Shown here one piece after another: positions 31,683 to 44,004 of a stretch of 64,000 bases of DNA. How positions within the stretch are numbered: position 1 is the first letter of the stretch; each line of letters opens with the position of its first letter. Source of the DNA: Nitrospirota bacterium (lineage in GTDB: Bacteria > Nitrospirota > JACRHJ01); the NCBI GenBank assembly GCA_963845245.1, contig CAWJRJ010000017.1, forward strand, positions 227,291 to 291,290, in the 5' to 3' direction. The position numbers and the translations under genes were made by a program. The notes beneath the pieces were generated by a model. The model did not search any database and was not told the DNA's origin. It was given only the letters and a program-made list of their open reading frames with translations.

Positions 31683-32767
31683 TTATCTCCTGCCGTATTT
31701 GTAGTATGCGGCGCAGCTTCCCTCGTATGAGACCATGCAAGCACCGACAGGGTTTTCGGGTGTGCAGGCTTTTGCGAAGAGCTTGCATTCCGGAGGTGTC
31801 TTAATGCCCTGAAGCACCTCCCCGCATGCGCACCCCTTGACCTCTTTGGGTGCGTCAACCCTGATGTCGTAGACCTTCTCCGCATCGTAAGCTGAATATT
31901 CATGCCGCAGTTTCAGTCCGCTCCCGGGTATTACTGCAATGCCCCGCCAGTTTGAGTCGGAGGGCTCAAAAAACCTGTCCACAACCTCGCGCGCCTTCGG
32001 GTTGCCTTCCAGTGATACGGCACGCTTGTACTGTATGTCGACTGCGGGTCTGCCTTCTTCGATCTGGTTTATCATCATAAGGGTGGACTGCAGTATATCC
32101 ACCGGCTCGAACCCGGAGACTACCGCAGGCTTCCCATATTCTTCTGCGATGAAGCGATACGGCGCCGTGCCTATTATTGTGCTTACATGCCCCGGGCAAA
32201 GGAAGCCGTCGATCTTAAGCGCTGGCGTGTCAAGCAGGGCTCGCATCGCGCCGGGGATGGTTTTGTGTACCGAGAATATAAAGAAATTACGGAGCCCTTC
32301 TTCGACGGCCCTGCCGAGGGTTGCGGCTACTGCCGGTGAGGTGGTCTCAAAACCCGCCGCAAAGAACACGACTTTTCTCGCCGGGTTTGCTTGCGCAAAC
32401 TTCAGAGCGTCGAAAGGGGAATACACTATGCGGATGTCTGAGCCTTCCGCTCTGGCTTTCTGTAGGGAGGTACGTGAGCCGGGACGCGCATCATGTCGCC
32501 GAACGTGGCAAGTATCACTTCCGGGATGCGGGCGATCTCCACAGCACGGTCTATGTCTTCCACTGCTGTGACGCAAACCGGGCAGCCTGGCCCTGACACC
32601 AGGCTAATGTTACCGGGCAGCAGGTCGCGGATGCCGCTTTTGAATATCGCCACGGTGTGGCTTCCGCAGACCTCCATGAACTTAAGAGAGCGCCCGGATG
32701 CCTTTTTAATTTTATCGAGAAGGCCTGCCGCGATATCGCTGTCCCTGTATTCGTCAACGTATTTCAC
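31683..32767 (-). CDS. hypD: Hydrogenase maturation protein HypD; frameshift near 32480
   Basis: [33 protein letters not shown]. Confidence 0.95.
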
Positions 32768-33006
32768 TAAAATGCACCGTCGTACTTATCTATTTCGCAG
32801 GTTAGTTCTTTGATAATCTCAAGCGTCTTCATCGCCTCTTCTTCGTCTACCTTGTGTATGGCGAAGCCTGCATGGGCGATAATATAATCGCCGACCCGTA
32901 CGTTGTCGAGCAGGTCGATGGCAATATCCCGCTGGGCTCCGCCGACCTCGACCGTCGCCATCCTACCATTTATCGCGGTCACTTTTCCCGGGATTCCTAC
33001 GCACAT
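32767..33006 (-). CDS. hypC: Hydrogenase chaperone HypC
   Basis: MCVGIPG...HAGFAI. Confidence 0.96.
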   Translation of the reverse strand: MCVGIPGKVTAINGRMATVEVGGAQRDIAIDLLDNVRVGDYIIAHAGFAIHKVDEEEAMKTLEIIKELTCEIDKYDGAF

Positions 33007-33200
33007 AAAACACCTTTGATTTCAGTCTGATATCATTATTTATTAATCGAATTTATCGAGTCATAATTATTACAGCATGAATTTTGAATGTCAAGACAAT
33101 ATCCAAAAGAACTACCTGTAAGTCCCGTCCAATTTACCTTGAAAATACTCGGTTTTTGTGCTAAGTTTACAATCTTAATCCTGTAAATGAGGGGAATGCG

Positions 33201-33863
33201 ATGATAGACCTCCACACACATAGCCTGTTCTCGGACGGGGTGCTTGTCCCGGCCGAGCTGGTACGCCGGGCGATAGTCAAGGGTTACGAGGCCATCGCGA
33301 TAACCGACCACGCAGACGGCTCGAACCTTGACTTCATCGTCCCGCGCATCGTGCTGGCAGCCGAGGAGCTGTCCGGCGTATGGCCGATTACGGTTATACC
33401 GGGCATTGAGATAACCCACGTGCCGCCTTCGATGATAGCCGACCTGGTTAAAAAGGCCAGGGAGCTTGGGGCGGTATGGATCGTTTGTCACGGTGAGTCG
33501 CCGGTGGAGCCAGTTGAGCCCGGCACGAACCGTGCGGGGATACTCTCAGGTGCGGACATGCTTGCGCACCCAGGTCTCATAACCAAGCAGGACGCCGCCC
33601 TTGCCGCAAAAAAGGGTGTATATCTGGAGATAACGGCACGTAAAGGACACAGCCTCACGAACGGCCACGTGGCGAAGGTTGCCACCGAGGCTGGGGCAAA
33701 TCTTGTAATAAATACGGACGGCCATGAGCCGGGCGACCTTATAACGCTTGAGTTCGCAAAGCAGGTGCTGGCCGGGGCCGGCCTCGACAAAAAAGGCGTA
33801 GCTAAGGCAATACAGAATTCAAGGGAGATAGTGAACAATCTACTGGGAGGATATGTCAATTGA
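33201..33863 (+). CDS. PHP-family phosphoesterase (histidinol-phosphatase-like)
   Basis: DLHTHS, ITDH, NTDGH. Confidence 0.88.
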   Translation: MIDLHTHSLFSDGVLVPAELVRRAIVKGYEAIAITDHADGSNLDFIVPRIVLAAEELSGVWPITVIPGIEITHVPPSMIADLVKKARELGAVWIVCHGESPVEPVEPGTNRAGILSGADMLAHPGLITKQDAALAAKKGVYLEITARKGHSLTNGHVAKVATEAGANLVINTDGHEPGDLITLEFAKQVLAGAGLDKKGVAKAIQNSREIVNNLLGGYVN

Positions 33864-34672
33864 AAGCATTGAGATACAAGACCGGAAAGAAGAAGCTGAA
33901 GCTTAACGAACCGGACGAGTTCCAGTCCCTTACCCAGAAGGCCATGGATTATATAAAGGAGAACACAAAACAGGCATATATCGTCCTGGGCGCAATTGCC
34001 GTCATCGTGGTAGCCGTGGTACTTTTCGGCATCTGGAGAGACACGGACCGCAAGAACGCGATGTACAAGGAGGCCGAGGCCCTGAGGTATTACGACATAA
34101 ACTCGGCTGTGCCCGGCGATAAACCGATGAGTTCCATAGACAGGTACAAGAAGGCGAAGGAGCTTTTTGAGCAGATAGTCAAGAGCCATGGCGGCTCGGC
34201 GGCGGATATCGCTAGGTATTACGAGGCCAACTCCGAGATGGAGATGGGCAATGTCGACCCCGCGATTGCCGGGTACACCGAGGTGATAGCTAAGTCCGGC
34301 AACAACCAGGTCCTTGTCTCGCTGGCCACGATGCGCCTTGCCGAGGCATACGCTGCCAAGGGCGACAAGCAGAAGGCCATCGATACGTTACATAACGAGC
34401 TTAAGGCCGAGAAAGGCTATCTGAAGGACGCGGCACTTTACCAGCTTGCCAAGTTATATGAGAGCGAGGGGCGCACCGCCGACGTCAAGGTGGCGCAAGA
34501 GAAGCTCGTCAAGGACTTCCCGGAATCGCCCTATACCAGGGAACTCATGCCCGCGCAGGCGGCGACTCCAATGCCGGTAGCGCAGGGAACCGTTACGACA
34601 CAACCAACAACACCTGCACCTGCTACACAGCCTGTTCAGCCCGCACAGCCAGCGCCCGCGCAAAAGAAGTAA
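33860..34672 (+). CDS. Membrane-anchored TPR protein (YfgM-like)
   Basis: N-terminal TM helix, TPR-like helices, Pro/Gln-rich tail. Confidence 0.75.
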   Translation: MKALRYKTGKKKLKLNEPDEFQSLTQKAMDYIKENTKQAYIVLGAIAVIVVAVVLFGIWRDTDRKNAMYKEAEALRYYDINSAVPGDKPMSSIDRYKKAKELFEQIVKSHGGSAADIARYYEANSEMEMGNVDPAIAGYTEVIAKSGNNQVLVSLATMRLAEAYAAKGDKQKAIDTLHNELKAEKGYLKDAALYQLAKLYESEGRTADVKVAQEKLVKDFPESPYTRELMPAQAATPMPVAQGTVTTQPTTPAPATQPVQPAQPAPAQKK

Positions 34673-34691
34673 GCAATCTATAAATACAAAA

Positions 34692-34724
34692 TAAAAAACC
34701 GGACTTCATGTCCGGTTTTTTTGT
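34692..34724. terminator. Bidirectional terminator between convergent genes
   Basis: aaaaaaccggac-ttcat-gtccggtttttt. Confidence 0.85.
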
Positions 34725-34741
34725 TTTGTATGTAATGTCTT

Positions 34742-36680
34742 TTACGCCGCTTCTTCCTCAGGTATCACCAGCTTCTGCCCTGCTCTCAACGCCGACTTGT
34801 TCCCGTTGGCCTTTAAGAGCGACTTCTGGCTTACCTTGAACCTCTTGGAGATGCTGACGATGGTATCCCCGTTCTTTACCTTGTAGGTCTTCTTGGATGC
34901 GACCGCGACCTTGGCCTTCTTCTTGGAAGATTTGGTAGACGATTTGGCAGTTGTGGACTTGCTGCTGTCATCGGCGGTATCCGCAGCCGCTACGGCTGTC
35001 CCGGAAACCAGTGAAAGCCTCTGGCCCTTCTTCAGCTTTGTCTTCGGGCTGAGGCCATTAATGCTCGCAAGCTCGGAGACCGTCATGCCGTTGCGCTTGG
35101 CGATGCTCGCAAGGGTGTCGCCTCTCCTTGCCCTGTATGTCTTTGAGTGGGAGGGGGTTGCATCAGCGGTCTTCGTTGAAGCCGGGGAGGACTTCCTTGA
35201 GGCCACTGCTATGCCGCCGTCAGGTATTGTAAGCCTTCTGCCCCTCTTGAGTTTTGAATTAATACCGAGGTTGTTTGCCGACGCGAGTTCGGCAACGGAG
35301 AGTCCGTACCTCCTTGCGACGCTCTTCATGGTATCCCCGCGCCTTGCCGTATAGCGGGTCCTGTCGACGGCCTTGGGCCTTGCAATCTTTTCTTCGTCCG
35401 GAAGGGCGGCATAGCTTTTCATGAACAGCTCTTTGGAGCCTTTCGGGACGCGGAGGGTGTATGCCGGTAGGTTTGGGGGTGTGCATCCCCTTATCAGTTC
35501 CGGGTTCAGGTCTTTTATATCGTTTACCGGGACGTTGCAGCATTTCGCAACGACATCAAGGTCTACGCAGTTGTTTACGATGACTTCGTCGAACTCGAAC
35601 GGCTGGTCGTACTGTATATTGTCAAATCCGTACGATGCAGGGTTGTCGGCGATCATCTTCGCCGCCATGAACTTGGGGATGTACTCCTTGGTCTCGGACG
35701 GCAGCGAGCGCGTCTTCCTGAGTTCCCAGAAGTCGAGGGTGTTGTTACGGTTGACCGCCCTGGCTACGTTACCTTCGCCGGAGTTGTACGACGCCATGGC
35801 AAGCGGCCAGTTGCCGAACATGCCGTAGAGGTCTTTCAGGTATGCCGCCGCCGCCTTGGTAGATTTTACAGGGTCGCGTCGCTCGTCCACCCACCTGTCG
35901 ACCCTCAAGCCATACCTTGTTGCGGTGCCTCTGATGAACTGCCAGGGGCCGCTGGCGCTGGCGGGGGAGTATGCCTTGGGGTTGAAGCCGCTCTCGATAA
36001 GGGCCAGGAACACGAGGTCCTCGGGGAGGTAGTTCTCGCGAAGTATGCTCTTCATCAGCCCAACGTATTTACCAGAGCGTTCAAGCCAAAGGTTGAAATG
36101 TTTTTTTACCGATACGCTGAAGTAGCGGACGCTCTTCTCTATCGGGTTCATGTCCGCCGATTTCGGTGTTCATCTTCATTACGTCCGGATCCTGGCTGGA
36201 CAATACCGCAGAAGAATTCTGACCCGCCGCAGGGACAGCCTCGTCGTTGTCCTCGATGACCTCGGAATCCTCGGCCTTTATGAAGCTGGACGGCTCATTG
36301 CTGCCAATAGCGGGTACGGATTGTTCTGCCTCTTTTGGGGTGGCAGGCGGCGCAATAGCAGCGGTTTTTGTCTGGTCGGTATTCGGTTTGACTTCCACTG
36401 CAGGCTGCTTGACTTCTGCCACCGCGGGTTTTGGGGCCCATACAGGCGGCTTCTGGGCTACGGGTGCTGCTGCGGCTGGTTTTGGGGCTACCACGGGTGC
36501 GGCCTGCTTCGGGGCGGGCGGTATCTTTATATCGGCCGGGAGCGGCTTGGCCGTGGCTGGTCCGGATGAGCTGTCAACGGTTATTTTTCTGGCGTCTGAA
36601 TCAACGGGGTCCGCGAGACTTATGGAGGGAAGCAGAAGTATTATGAGAAGAAAAACGAAAAAAAGACTTTTTGAGTACAC
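34742..36680 (-). CDS. mltD: Lytic murein transglycosylase with three LysM domains (MltD-like); frameshift near 36150
   Basis: ALIESGFNP, GPWQF, SYNSGEG, ETKEY; three LysM repeats; signal peptide in ORF 36081..36680. Confidence 0.88.
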
Positions 36681-36757
36681 TGCGCCCCTCCTTTCTTAAA
36701 TTGTATGCCGATTTCAGGGGGAAGGGGAAAACGGACAAAACCGACATTTCGCATAGA

Positions 36758-36891
36758 ATAATAGGTTATCGAGAGGGTAGATGTCAAGAAAAAAAAGGCT
36801 TAATTACTTTTAATCATTGATATATATGGTTTTTTCACTAGCGGGCACAGAGCGGTTTTGATTGACAAACCGGCACCTTAAATATTAAACT
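36758..36891. promoter_or_regulatory. Divergent sigma70-like promoters for mltD and queE
   Basis: Minus strand TTGACA-N18-TATTAT (from 36787); plus strand TTGACA (36862)-N18-TAAACT. Confidence 0.45.
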
Positions 36892-36930
36892 CACCTGCCT
36901 TTCTTATAGAGGGAGTGATATAGTTATAAT

Positions 36931-37677
36931 ATGAGCGAAATGAGCGGATACGTACAGGAGATATTCGGCTCCTTCCAGGGCGAAGGCCCATATGTGGGGG
37001 AACGGCATGTCTTTGTAAGGCTTTGCTGCTGCAACCTTAGTTGCCTGTATTGCGATACCCCCGCCTCAAGGGTGAAACAACCAGCCGCATACATTGAACA
37101 GACTCCGGGCGGTAACATTATAACGGTACCAAACCCGCTAACCGCCCGGGATGTCGCTGACGCAGTAAGGGCCCAGGATTGAGGCCAAATTTCATATCGG
37201 CAGTGTCCATTACGGGTGGGGAGCCTCTGGAACAGGTGGAGTTTGTCGAAGGCATCCTGCTGGAACTGAAGGGGGCCTATAAAATACTGCTTGAGACGAA
37301 CGGGACGCTTGCCGGAACCTTTCGAGAGGGTCAAGGACCTCGTGGATATTGTCAGCATGGACATAAAGCTGCCTTCCGTTTCCGGTATGGGGGAGCTTTG
37401 GGATGCGCACGCCGGTTTCCTTGACCTCTGCAAGGATAAAGAGTTAATCGTCAAGGTGGTTGCCGCGCCCGACACCCCGCTAGCGGAGATATCTCTAGCG
37501 GCAGGCATGGTTGCGAAAAAGGCGCCGGGGGCTGTTTTTGTGATACAGCCTGTAACATCCGACAACCTGCCGGAGGCAGGCGGCGACTGGCTGTTGGGGC
37601 TTTACAGCGAGGCGAACAGGTTCCTGGAAAAAGTGAGGGTCATCCCCCAGGTCCACAAACTTCTGAAGGTGAGATAA
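36931..37677 (+). CDS. queE: 7-carboxy-7-deazaguanine synthase (radical SAM); two frameshifts
   Basis: [37 protein letters not shown]. Confidence 0.85.
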
Positions 37678-38612
37678 ATGCTGGTAGGTTCAATAGATGT
37701 CGGGAGCAGCACCATCAGGCTGCTCGCGGTTGAAGTCGAAAATGGGCGGATCAAGAGGCAGATACTTAACCTCAGGGAAATGACCAGACTGGGGGCGGGC
37801 CTGAAAGAAGGCGGCCGTCTAAACGCCAGCTCAAAGGAGCACACCCTGAAGGTATTGAAGGAGTTTTCAAAAAGGCTGAAAGATGCGGGGGTGGAGCGAG
37901 TAAGCGTGGTTGCCACTGAAGCACTCAGGAAGGCCTCCGATTCGGCGGATTTCGTTGCCGAAGTCAAGCAGGAGACAGGCCTAGAGCTATCGAAGTCCTT
38001 TCGTGGGAGGAGGAGGCCAGACGCACCCTTCTTGGCATAAGGTCGGGTGTGGAGGGGCTTGGTATCGAAGGCTGGAAACTCCTTATAGACATCGGCGGCG
38101 GGAGTACTGAGCTTATTACCACGTTGGATTGGGAGAGCCGCAACATCAGGAGCTTGCCTCTGGGAGCTGTTTCGCTTTATGAGAGGTTCATCCTGAACGA
38201 CCCTCCATCCGGTATCGAGATGTCGGAGCTTCTTTCTTACTGTTTCGGTATCATAGGCAAGGTCGAAATCAGGCCTGAGGGGAGGACGCCTGTTTTGATA
38301 GGCACCGCAGGTACAATAACGACTCTGGCCGCCGTTGACCTGAACCTGGAGGAATACGATCCTGCAAAAGTCACAGGCCACATCTTGACGCGTGACACGA
38401 TTGACAGGGTCCTCGCAAGGTTTACCGGTCTGTCCAAGGAGAACCGGAAGCTGATCATGGGCCTGGAGCCGGGCCGGGAGGATATAATCGTTTCGGGAAC
38501 ACTTTTGCTTGGGGCGCTCATGGATGCCGCCGAGGCCGGTTCCCTAATAGTCTGCGATTCCGGCCTGAGAGAGGGAAACCTATTGGATTTTATAGGGAAA
38601 AAAGGAATGTAA
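37678..38612 (+). CDS. ppx: Ppx/GppA-family phosphatase; frameshift near 38000
   Basis: IDVGSSTIR, ATEALR, IDIGGGSTE, GLREG. Confidence 0.88.
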
Positions 38613-38675
38613 CCCGGCTCTTTTTGGCTTTACTTTGCATTTTTGGTATGGTAACATTTTAAGAAATCAAAAGTC

Positions 38676-38691
38676 TGGCCCGGCATTTGCA
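38676..38691 (+). promoter_or_regulatory. Candidate sigma54 (-24/-12) site upstream of lptC...rpoN
   Basis: TGGCCC-GGCAT-TTGCA versus consensus TGGCAC-N5-TTGCW. Confidence 0.5.
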
Positions 38692-38722
38692 AGGGCGTTC
38701 CTTTAACAGCATATTTTATCTA

Positions 38723-39298
38723 ATGAAAACAACTACAAGGGCAAAGTTTTTTATAGCCGTCTCGATTACGTGCCTTATCGCCGCAAGCATAGTATTCCTG
38801 GCAGGCACTCCCGGGCTCAAGAGGCCCGCCCCCCCTACTAAAGAAGTTAAGATGGATAAGGCGGAGGTTTCCATAGAGGGCTTCCGTCTCTCAAATACCG
38901 AAAAAGACAAGGGTAATTGGGATGTTGTAGCGAAGCGGGCCGATATAAGGAAGGATACCGGAGATGCAAATTTAAAAGACCTGCAAGCCGTTTTTACCGG
39001 AGAGAATGGCACTATACTCAACCTCGAGTCGGACGAAGGAATTTATAACACCAACTCGAAAGACGTGAAGCTGTATCCAAAAGACAAAGATGTCAAGATA
39101 ACTACGAATAATGGCTATGTTATGCACGCTGAAAACCTTAATTGGAATAACGATAAAAAAGAACTCAGGACTGAAGATAACGTTAAATTGAGCAGTAAGA
39201 ACATTAAAATCGAGGGCAAGGGTCTGGTGGCCAGGTCCGACCTTCAGGAGGTAAGGATAACCAATGGCGTCAAGACCGTATTCACACAGTCCCACTGA
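38723..39298 (+). CDS. lptC: LPS export protein LptC
   Basis: N-terminal TM, beta-jellyroll-type sequence, position before lptA/lptB. Confidence 0.8.
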   Translation: MKTTTRAKFFIAVSITCLIAASIVFLAGTPGLKRPAPPTKEVKMDKAEVSIEGFRLSNTEKDKGNWDVVAKRADIRKDTGDANLKDLQAVFTGENGTILNLESDEGIYNTNSKDVKLYPKDKDVKITTNNGYVMHAENLNWNNDKKELRTEDNVKLSSKNIKIEGKGLVARSDLQEVRITNGVKTVFTQSH

Positions 39299-39855
39299 GT
39301 TCTTTCAGGCAGCTCTTGCTTTATGTTTCATTTTTTTATTCATGCCTTTGACGGCGTCTGCCGGCGCCCCGGCCTTAGCTAAAACCAAAAGCGCCTCACC
39401 GGTTGTTATAACCGCCCGTACCATGTTTGCCGACAATAAAAAGAAAATAGTGATTTATACTAAAAACGTTGTAGTAAAAAAAGACGACATGACCATGTAC
39501 GCCGAAGAGGTCACTATATATCTTAAGAAAGACGACAAACCCAAAAAAATCCGCAGCGGGACAGGCCGATCCGTTTGAGGGTTCGGGCAACATAGATATG
39601 ATTGTGGCTAAGGGAAAGGTTAAAATAATCCAGCAGGACAAGATTGCTACCGGAGACGTGGCAACGTATTACAGCGAAGGTGCAAAAATTGTACTGACCG
39701 GAAAGCCGAGGGTCTGGCAGGGAGAAAATGTAATAAACGGCAGCAAGATAACGTATAATATTAATGAAGACACTTTTCAGGCGGAGGAAGCGGATACCGT
39801 GCTCTACCAAAAGAATGGCGGGACGGTGCCGCCTGCCGACAAGGCAGGAAAATGA
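39264..39855 (+). CDS. lptA: LPS transport protein LptA; frameshift near the A-run at ~39545
   Basis: [28 protein letters not shown]. Confidence 0.82.
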
Positions 39856-40574
39856 AGACCCTTTTCACGAAAGGGCTTAAGAAGTCCTACGGCGGCAGGA
39901 GTGTGGTAAAAAGGGTAAGCCTCTCCGTGAAAACCGGGGAGGTGGTAGGGCTTCTGGGACCGAACGGCGCCGGCAAGACCACGATTTTTTATATGGTCGT
40001 CGGCTTGATAAGCCCGGACAAAGGAAAGGTATTCGTTGACCACAATGAGATAACCGACCAGCCAATATACAGGAGGGCGAGGCTTGGGGTTGGATACCTG
40101 CCTCAGGAGCCGTCCATCTTCAGGAAGCTGACGGTGGAGGAGAACATTCTGGCCATACTCGAGACGCTAGATCTCAGTCACTCGGAGAGAGAGGAGAGGC
40201 TGGCCGAGCTGCTGGAGGAACTGAACCTTACGTCGCTTGCAAAGAGCATGGCATACACGCTGTCAGGAGGCGAGAGGAGGCGGGTGGAGATCACAAGGGC
40301 GCTCGTGATGTCGCCGTCTTTCATACTCCTGGACGAGCCCTTTGCCGGGATCGACCCGATCGCGGTAATCGAGATACAGAAGATAATCTCAAAGCTTAAG
40401 TCAATGGGCATTGGCATACTGATAACAGACCATAACGTCAGGGAGACTCTGGAAATCACAGACCGGGCGTATATAATAAATGAAGGCACGATACTGGAAT
40501 CCGGAACGCCCAAGGAGATTTCGGAAAGCGACAGGGCAAAACAGATATACCTTGGCGAGAATTTCAGGCTTTAA
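39852..40574 (+). CDS. lptB: LPS export ABC ATPase
   Basis: [31 protein letters not shown]. Confidence 0.96.
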   Translation: MKTLFTKGLKKSYGGRSVVKRVSLSVKTGEVVGLLGPNGAGKTTIFYMVVGLISPDKGKVFVDHNEITDQPIYRRARLGVGYLPQEPSIFRKLTVEENILAILETLDLSHSEREERLAELLEELNLTSLAKSMAYTLSGGERRRVEITRALVMSPSFILLDEPFAGIDPIAVIEIQKIISKLKSMGIGILITDHNVRETLEITDRAYIINEGTILESGTPKEISESDRAKQIYLGENFRL

Positions 40575-40588
40575 CCGGAGAAGTTGAC

Positions 40589-42020
40589 ATGGCACTAGAA
40601 ATGCGGCTGGACCTTAAGCTTGCGCAAAAGCTGGTGATGACCCCCCAGCTTGCAGCAGGCTATCAAGTTGCTCCAGTTGTCCAGGCTGGAGATGTCCCAG
40701 CTTGTCTACCAGGAGATGGTTGAAAACCCCGTCCTTGAGGACGCCACACTCGAGACGGAGTTGGACGAGCCGGAAACTCAGATTAAAGACGATCCAGAGC
40801 GTGAAGCGGACGTGGATGCCGAGCAGGCTATAGACGTCTTTGACATGAAGTGGGACAACTATATTGAAGAGCAGGACGACCGCCAGGACATCAGCTACTA
40901 CTCGGAAAGCGAAGACGAGAGGCCGTCTTACGAGCAGACCCTTTCCTCCCCGGTCAGCCTTGCAGACCATGTCTCCTGGCAGCTCAGGCTGACCTCCACA
41001 TCTGATATCGAGAAGGCCGTCGGCGAGATAATAATCGGCAACATGGACGAGGACGGCTACCTGAGGGACGTCACCCTTGACGAGGTTGCCGCGGAAGCCG
41101 GGGCTTCTTTGGATGTGGCCCAGAAGGTCCTCGCGATGGTCCAGGACCTGGACCCTCCAGGGGTCGGCGCTCGCAACCTTAGGGAATGCCTCCTGATCCA
41201 GGCGAGGCAGTTAGGGCTTGCAGGCACCATTGTGGAAAGCATAATCGTCGACCACCTGGATGAACTGGAAAAGAAAAAATATACGTCTATCGCCAAGAGC
41301 CTGAAGGTAACGCTCAAGGATATCCAGCTTGCGGCAAAGGCGATAGAGACGCTGGAGCCGAAGCCCGGCAGGCCTTTTGCCGTTTCGGAAGTTCAGTATA
41401 TCGTCCCGGATGTCTTCGTCGTAAAAAAGGACAGTGATTATGTGATACTCCTTAACGACGAAGGGATGCCCAGGCTCAGGATAAGCCCGTTTTATAAAAA
41501 TCTGATGCGCTCCGGCGGCGACGAGGTTACAAGGGATTACATAGATACCAAGCTGCGCTCCGCCCAATGGCTTATAAAGAGCATAGAGCAGAGGAACAAG
41601 ACCATATACAGGGTTACCGAGAGCATTGTCAGGAGACAGAAAAAGTTCTTTGACAAAGGCATAGAATATGTAAAGCCGATGATACTGAAGGACGTAGCCG
41701 ACGACATTGGTATGCACGAGTCCACCATCAGCCGCGTAACCACACACAAATACATGCATACGCCCAGGGGGATCTATGAACTGAAATTCTTTTTCGCCGG
41801 AGGCATCTCGAGCATGGAGGGAGATTCCATGTCTTCGATAACGGTCAGGAACCTCATCCAGAAAATGATAAGCGAGGAGGACCCCAAAAACCCGTTAAAC
41901 GACCGTGTGATTGTAGACATGCTTAAAGGCAAGAACATAGACATAGCAAGGCGCACAGTAGCAAAGTACAGGGGAGAGCTTAAAATACCACCTGGAAACA
42001 TAAGAAAAAAACCGTACTGA
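40589..42020 (+). CDS. rpoN: RNA polymerase sigma-54 factor; frameshift near 40645
   Basis: KLVMTPQ/LQQAIKLLQ, HESTISR, RpoN box ARRTVAKYR. Confidence 0.97.
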
Positions 42021-42052
42021 GCATTCTCTAAACATAAAGGAGGAACTTTTTG

Positions 42053-42577
42053 ATGAATATCGTCGTGAACGGCAGACACATGGAAATTACTGACGCCCTG
42101 AAATCCTATGCAAGCGAAAAGGTAGCCAAGGTTGATAAATACCTGCCCGAGGGTACCGAGGCGGTTGTGACCCTCGAGGTTGAGAAGTTCCGGCACAAGG
42201 CCGAGGTGCAGTTAAAGGTGAACGGGATACTCATCCAGGCTCATGAAGAGACCGAAGAGATGTACGCCTCTATCGACAAGGTCATGGACAAGATAGGCCG
42301 TCAGGTCAGGAAGTACAAGGAGAAGCTAAAGGGCCACAAGGGCCGCGGCGAAGAGGTGGTTATACCTGAGGCCGGCTTCGAGACTGAGCTCATACCCGAG
42401 ATAATAAAGATAAAGCGCTTCGACATGAAGCCGATGGCCCCGGAAGAGGCAGTCATGCAGATGGAGCTTCTGGACAAGGACTTCTTCGTCTTCTCGAACG
42501 TGACAAGCGGCGCGGTGAATGTTATTTACAAGCGCAAGGACGGCAACATCGGACTTATAGAGCCTGCGTCCAAGTAA
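42053..42577 (+). CDS. hpf: Long ribosome hibernation promoting factor
   Basis: GRHMEITDAL; KPMAPEEAVMQM; YKRKDG. Confidence 0.93.
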   Translation: MNIVVNGRHMEITDALKSYASEKVAKVDKYLPEGTEAVVTLEVEKFRHKAEVQLKVNGILIQAHEETEEMYASIDKVMDKIGRQVRKYKEKLKGHKGRGEEVVIPEAGFETELIPEIIKIKRFDMKPMAPEEAVMQMELLDKDFFVFSNVTSGAVNVIYKRKDGNIGLIEPASK

Positions 42578-42595
42578 AAGGCAAGGGGCCATTAA

Positions 42596-43066
42596 ATGCC
42601 TTTTTTGAACATATCCGGGCTTATCGGCGAAGAGCTGATAATCGACGAGCTTAAGGGCAGGACGAAGCTTGAAGTGCTGCAGGAGTTTTCAGCACTGCTT
42701 TTCAAGAACGGAAAGATAGATGACAAGGAAGGCTTGACCCGTGTGCTTGCCGCAAGGGAGGCCCTGGGGAGTACCGGCATAGGCGATTCGGTGGCGATAC
42801 CCCATGGGAAGCTGAAGGGCATCAAAGGGCTTATGATGGCCTTCGGACGTTCGCTGAACGGGGTCGAATATGACTCTCTTGACGGCGAGCCTGCCCGCCT
42901 GTTTTTTCTTGTCATTGCTCCAGAGGATGCGCCCGGTGAACATCTTAAAGCGCTTGCCAGGATTTCCCGGTTGATGAAGAAAAAGGAGTTCAGGGAGTCT
43001 CTCCTTCGGGCGAGGGACAGGAAGGATATCAGGAGGATAATTTCCAGCGAGGAAGCCGGTATTTGA
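42596..43066 (+). CDS. ptsN: PTS EIIA (Ntr/Fru type)
   Basis: REALGSTGIGDSVAIPHG. Confidence 0.9.
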   Translation: MPFLNISGLIGEELIIDELKGRTKLEVLQEFSALLFKNGKIDDKEGLTRVLAAREALGSTGIGDSVAIPHGKLKGIKGLMMAFGRSLNGVEYDSLDGEPARLFFLVIAPEDAPGEHLKALARISRLMKKKEFRESLLRARDRKDIRRIISSEEAGI

Positions 43067-44004
43067 TGAAGAAGGTATACGCGGAAGACCTGCTAAATAT
43101 CCCCGACCTTGGGCTGAAGCTTGCCGCGGGTGGAAAAGGTCTTAAGACGACGGCGATTCTCCCTGAGATTCAGAAGGTGGGGCTTGCCCTTGCGGGGCAC
43201 TTTGACAATGTCGACCCACGCAAGATACAGGTCTTCGGCAGGACGGAGATTTCTTATTTAAAAAAGATATCCGTAAAGAAAAGGAAAGAGATCATAGGTG
43301 AACTCTTTGCGCGGAAGGCGGCGGCATACCTGGTTACCGCCGGCAGGAAGCCTCCCAGGGAGATGTTGGAGGAGGCTGAGAGACAGCATACCCCGCTCCT
43401 TACCTCTACGCTCGAGACCATAAGGTGCATTAAGGGCATCATAAAGTCAGTCGAGGAGATCGCGGCCAAGGAGCAGCATATAAACGGTGTCTTGGTCGAC
43501 ATCATGGGCGTTGGAGTCCTTATCATCGGCCCTTCCGGTATAGGTAAGAGCGAGTGCGCCCTCGAGCTTGTCGTGAGGGGACATCGCCTTGTCGCCGACG
43601 ATGTTGTCGTCCTTAAAAAACTCTCGGATGGAAGGCTGGTCGGGACTGGCGCAGAGCTTTTGAGGTACCTGGTAGAGGTCCGTGGCATAGGGATCGTAAA
43701 CGTAAGAGACCTTTTCGGCATATCCTCTATTAAAGCAAAAAAGACTGTCGCGATGGTAGTGGAACTTGTCCACTGGGACGAAAAAGAATCATACGACAGG
43801 CTCGGTCTTGACGAACACACCTATGCGGTCGCAGGTGTCAACCTCCCTTACATGAAGATGCCGGTGACGCCCGGTCGCAACATCGCGGTCATAGTGGAGG
43901 TCGCAGCAAGAAACCACGCCTTGAAATCGCAAGGTAGCAATGCGGCTGCGGCCCTGGACAGAAAGCTGTCAAGCAGGCTTGTAGCCGAAGGGGCAAAGCG
44001 ATGA
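43063..44004 (+). CDS. hprK: HPr kinase/phosphorylase
   Basis: GPSGIGKSE, LVADD, EVRGIGI. Confidence 0.95.
   Translation: MMKKVYAEDLLNIPDLGLKLAAGGKGLKTTAILPEIQKVGLALAGHFDNVDPRKIQVFGRTEISYLKKISVKKRKEIIGELFARKAAAYLVTAGRKPPREMLEEAERQHTPLLTSTLETIRCIKGIIKSVEEIAAKEQHINGVLVDIMGVGVLIIGPSGIGKSECALELVVRGHRLVADDVVVLKKLSDGRLVGTGAELLRYLVEVRGIGIVNVRDLFGISSIKAKKTVAMVVELVHWDEKESYDRLGLDEHTYAVAGVNLPYMKMPVTPGRNIAVIVEVAARNHALKSQGSNAAAALDRKLSSRLVAEGAKR

Noticed and set aside
34550..34670. Short repeats in the P/A/Q/T-rich tail, and similar in the mltD and tolA linkers
   Set aside because: Low-complexity protein linkers; no regular repeat-spacer period, so not CRISPR
36700..36930. preQ1 riboswitch upstream of queE
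   Set aside because: No recognisable preQ1 stem-loop with A-rich tail; the region is explained by divergent promoters
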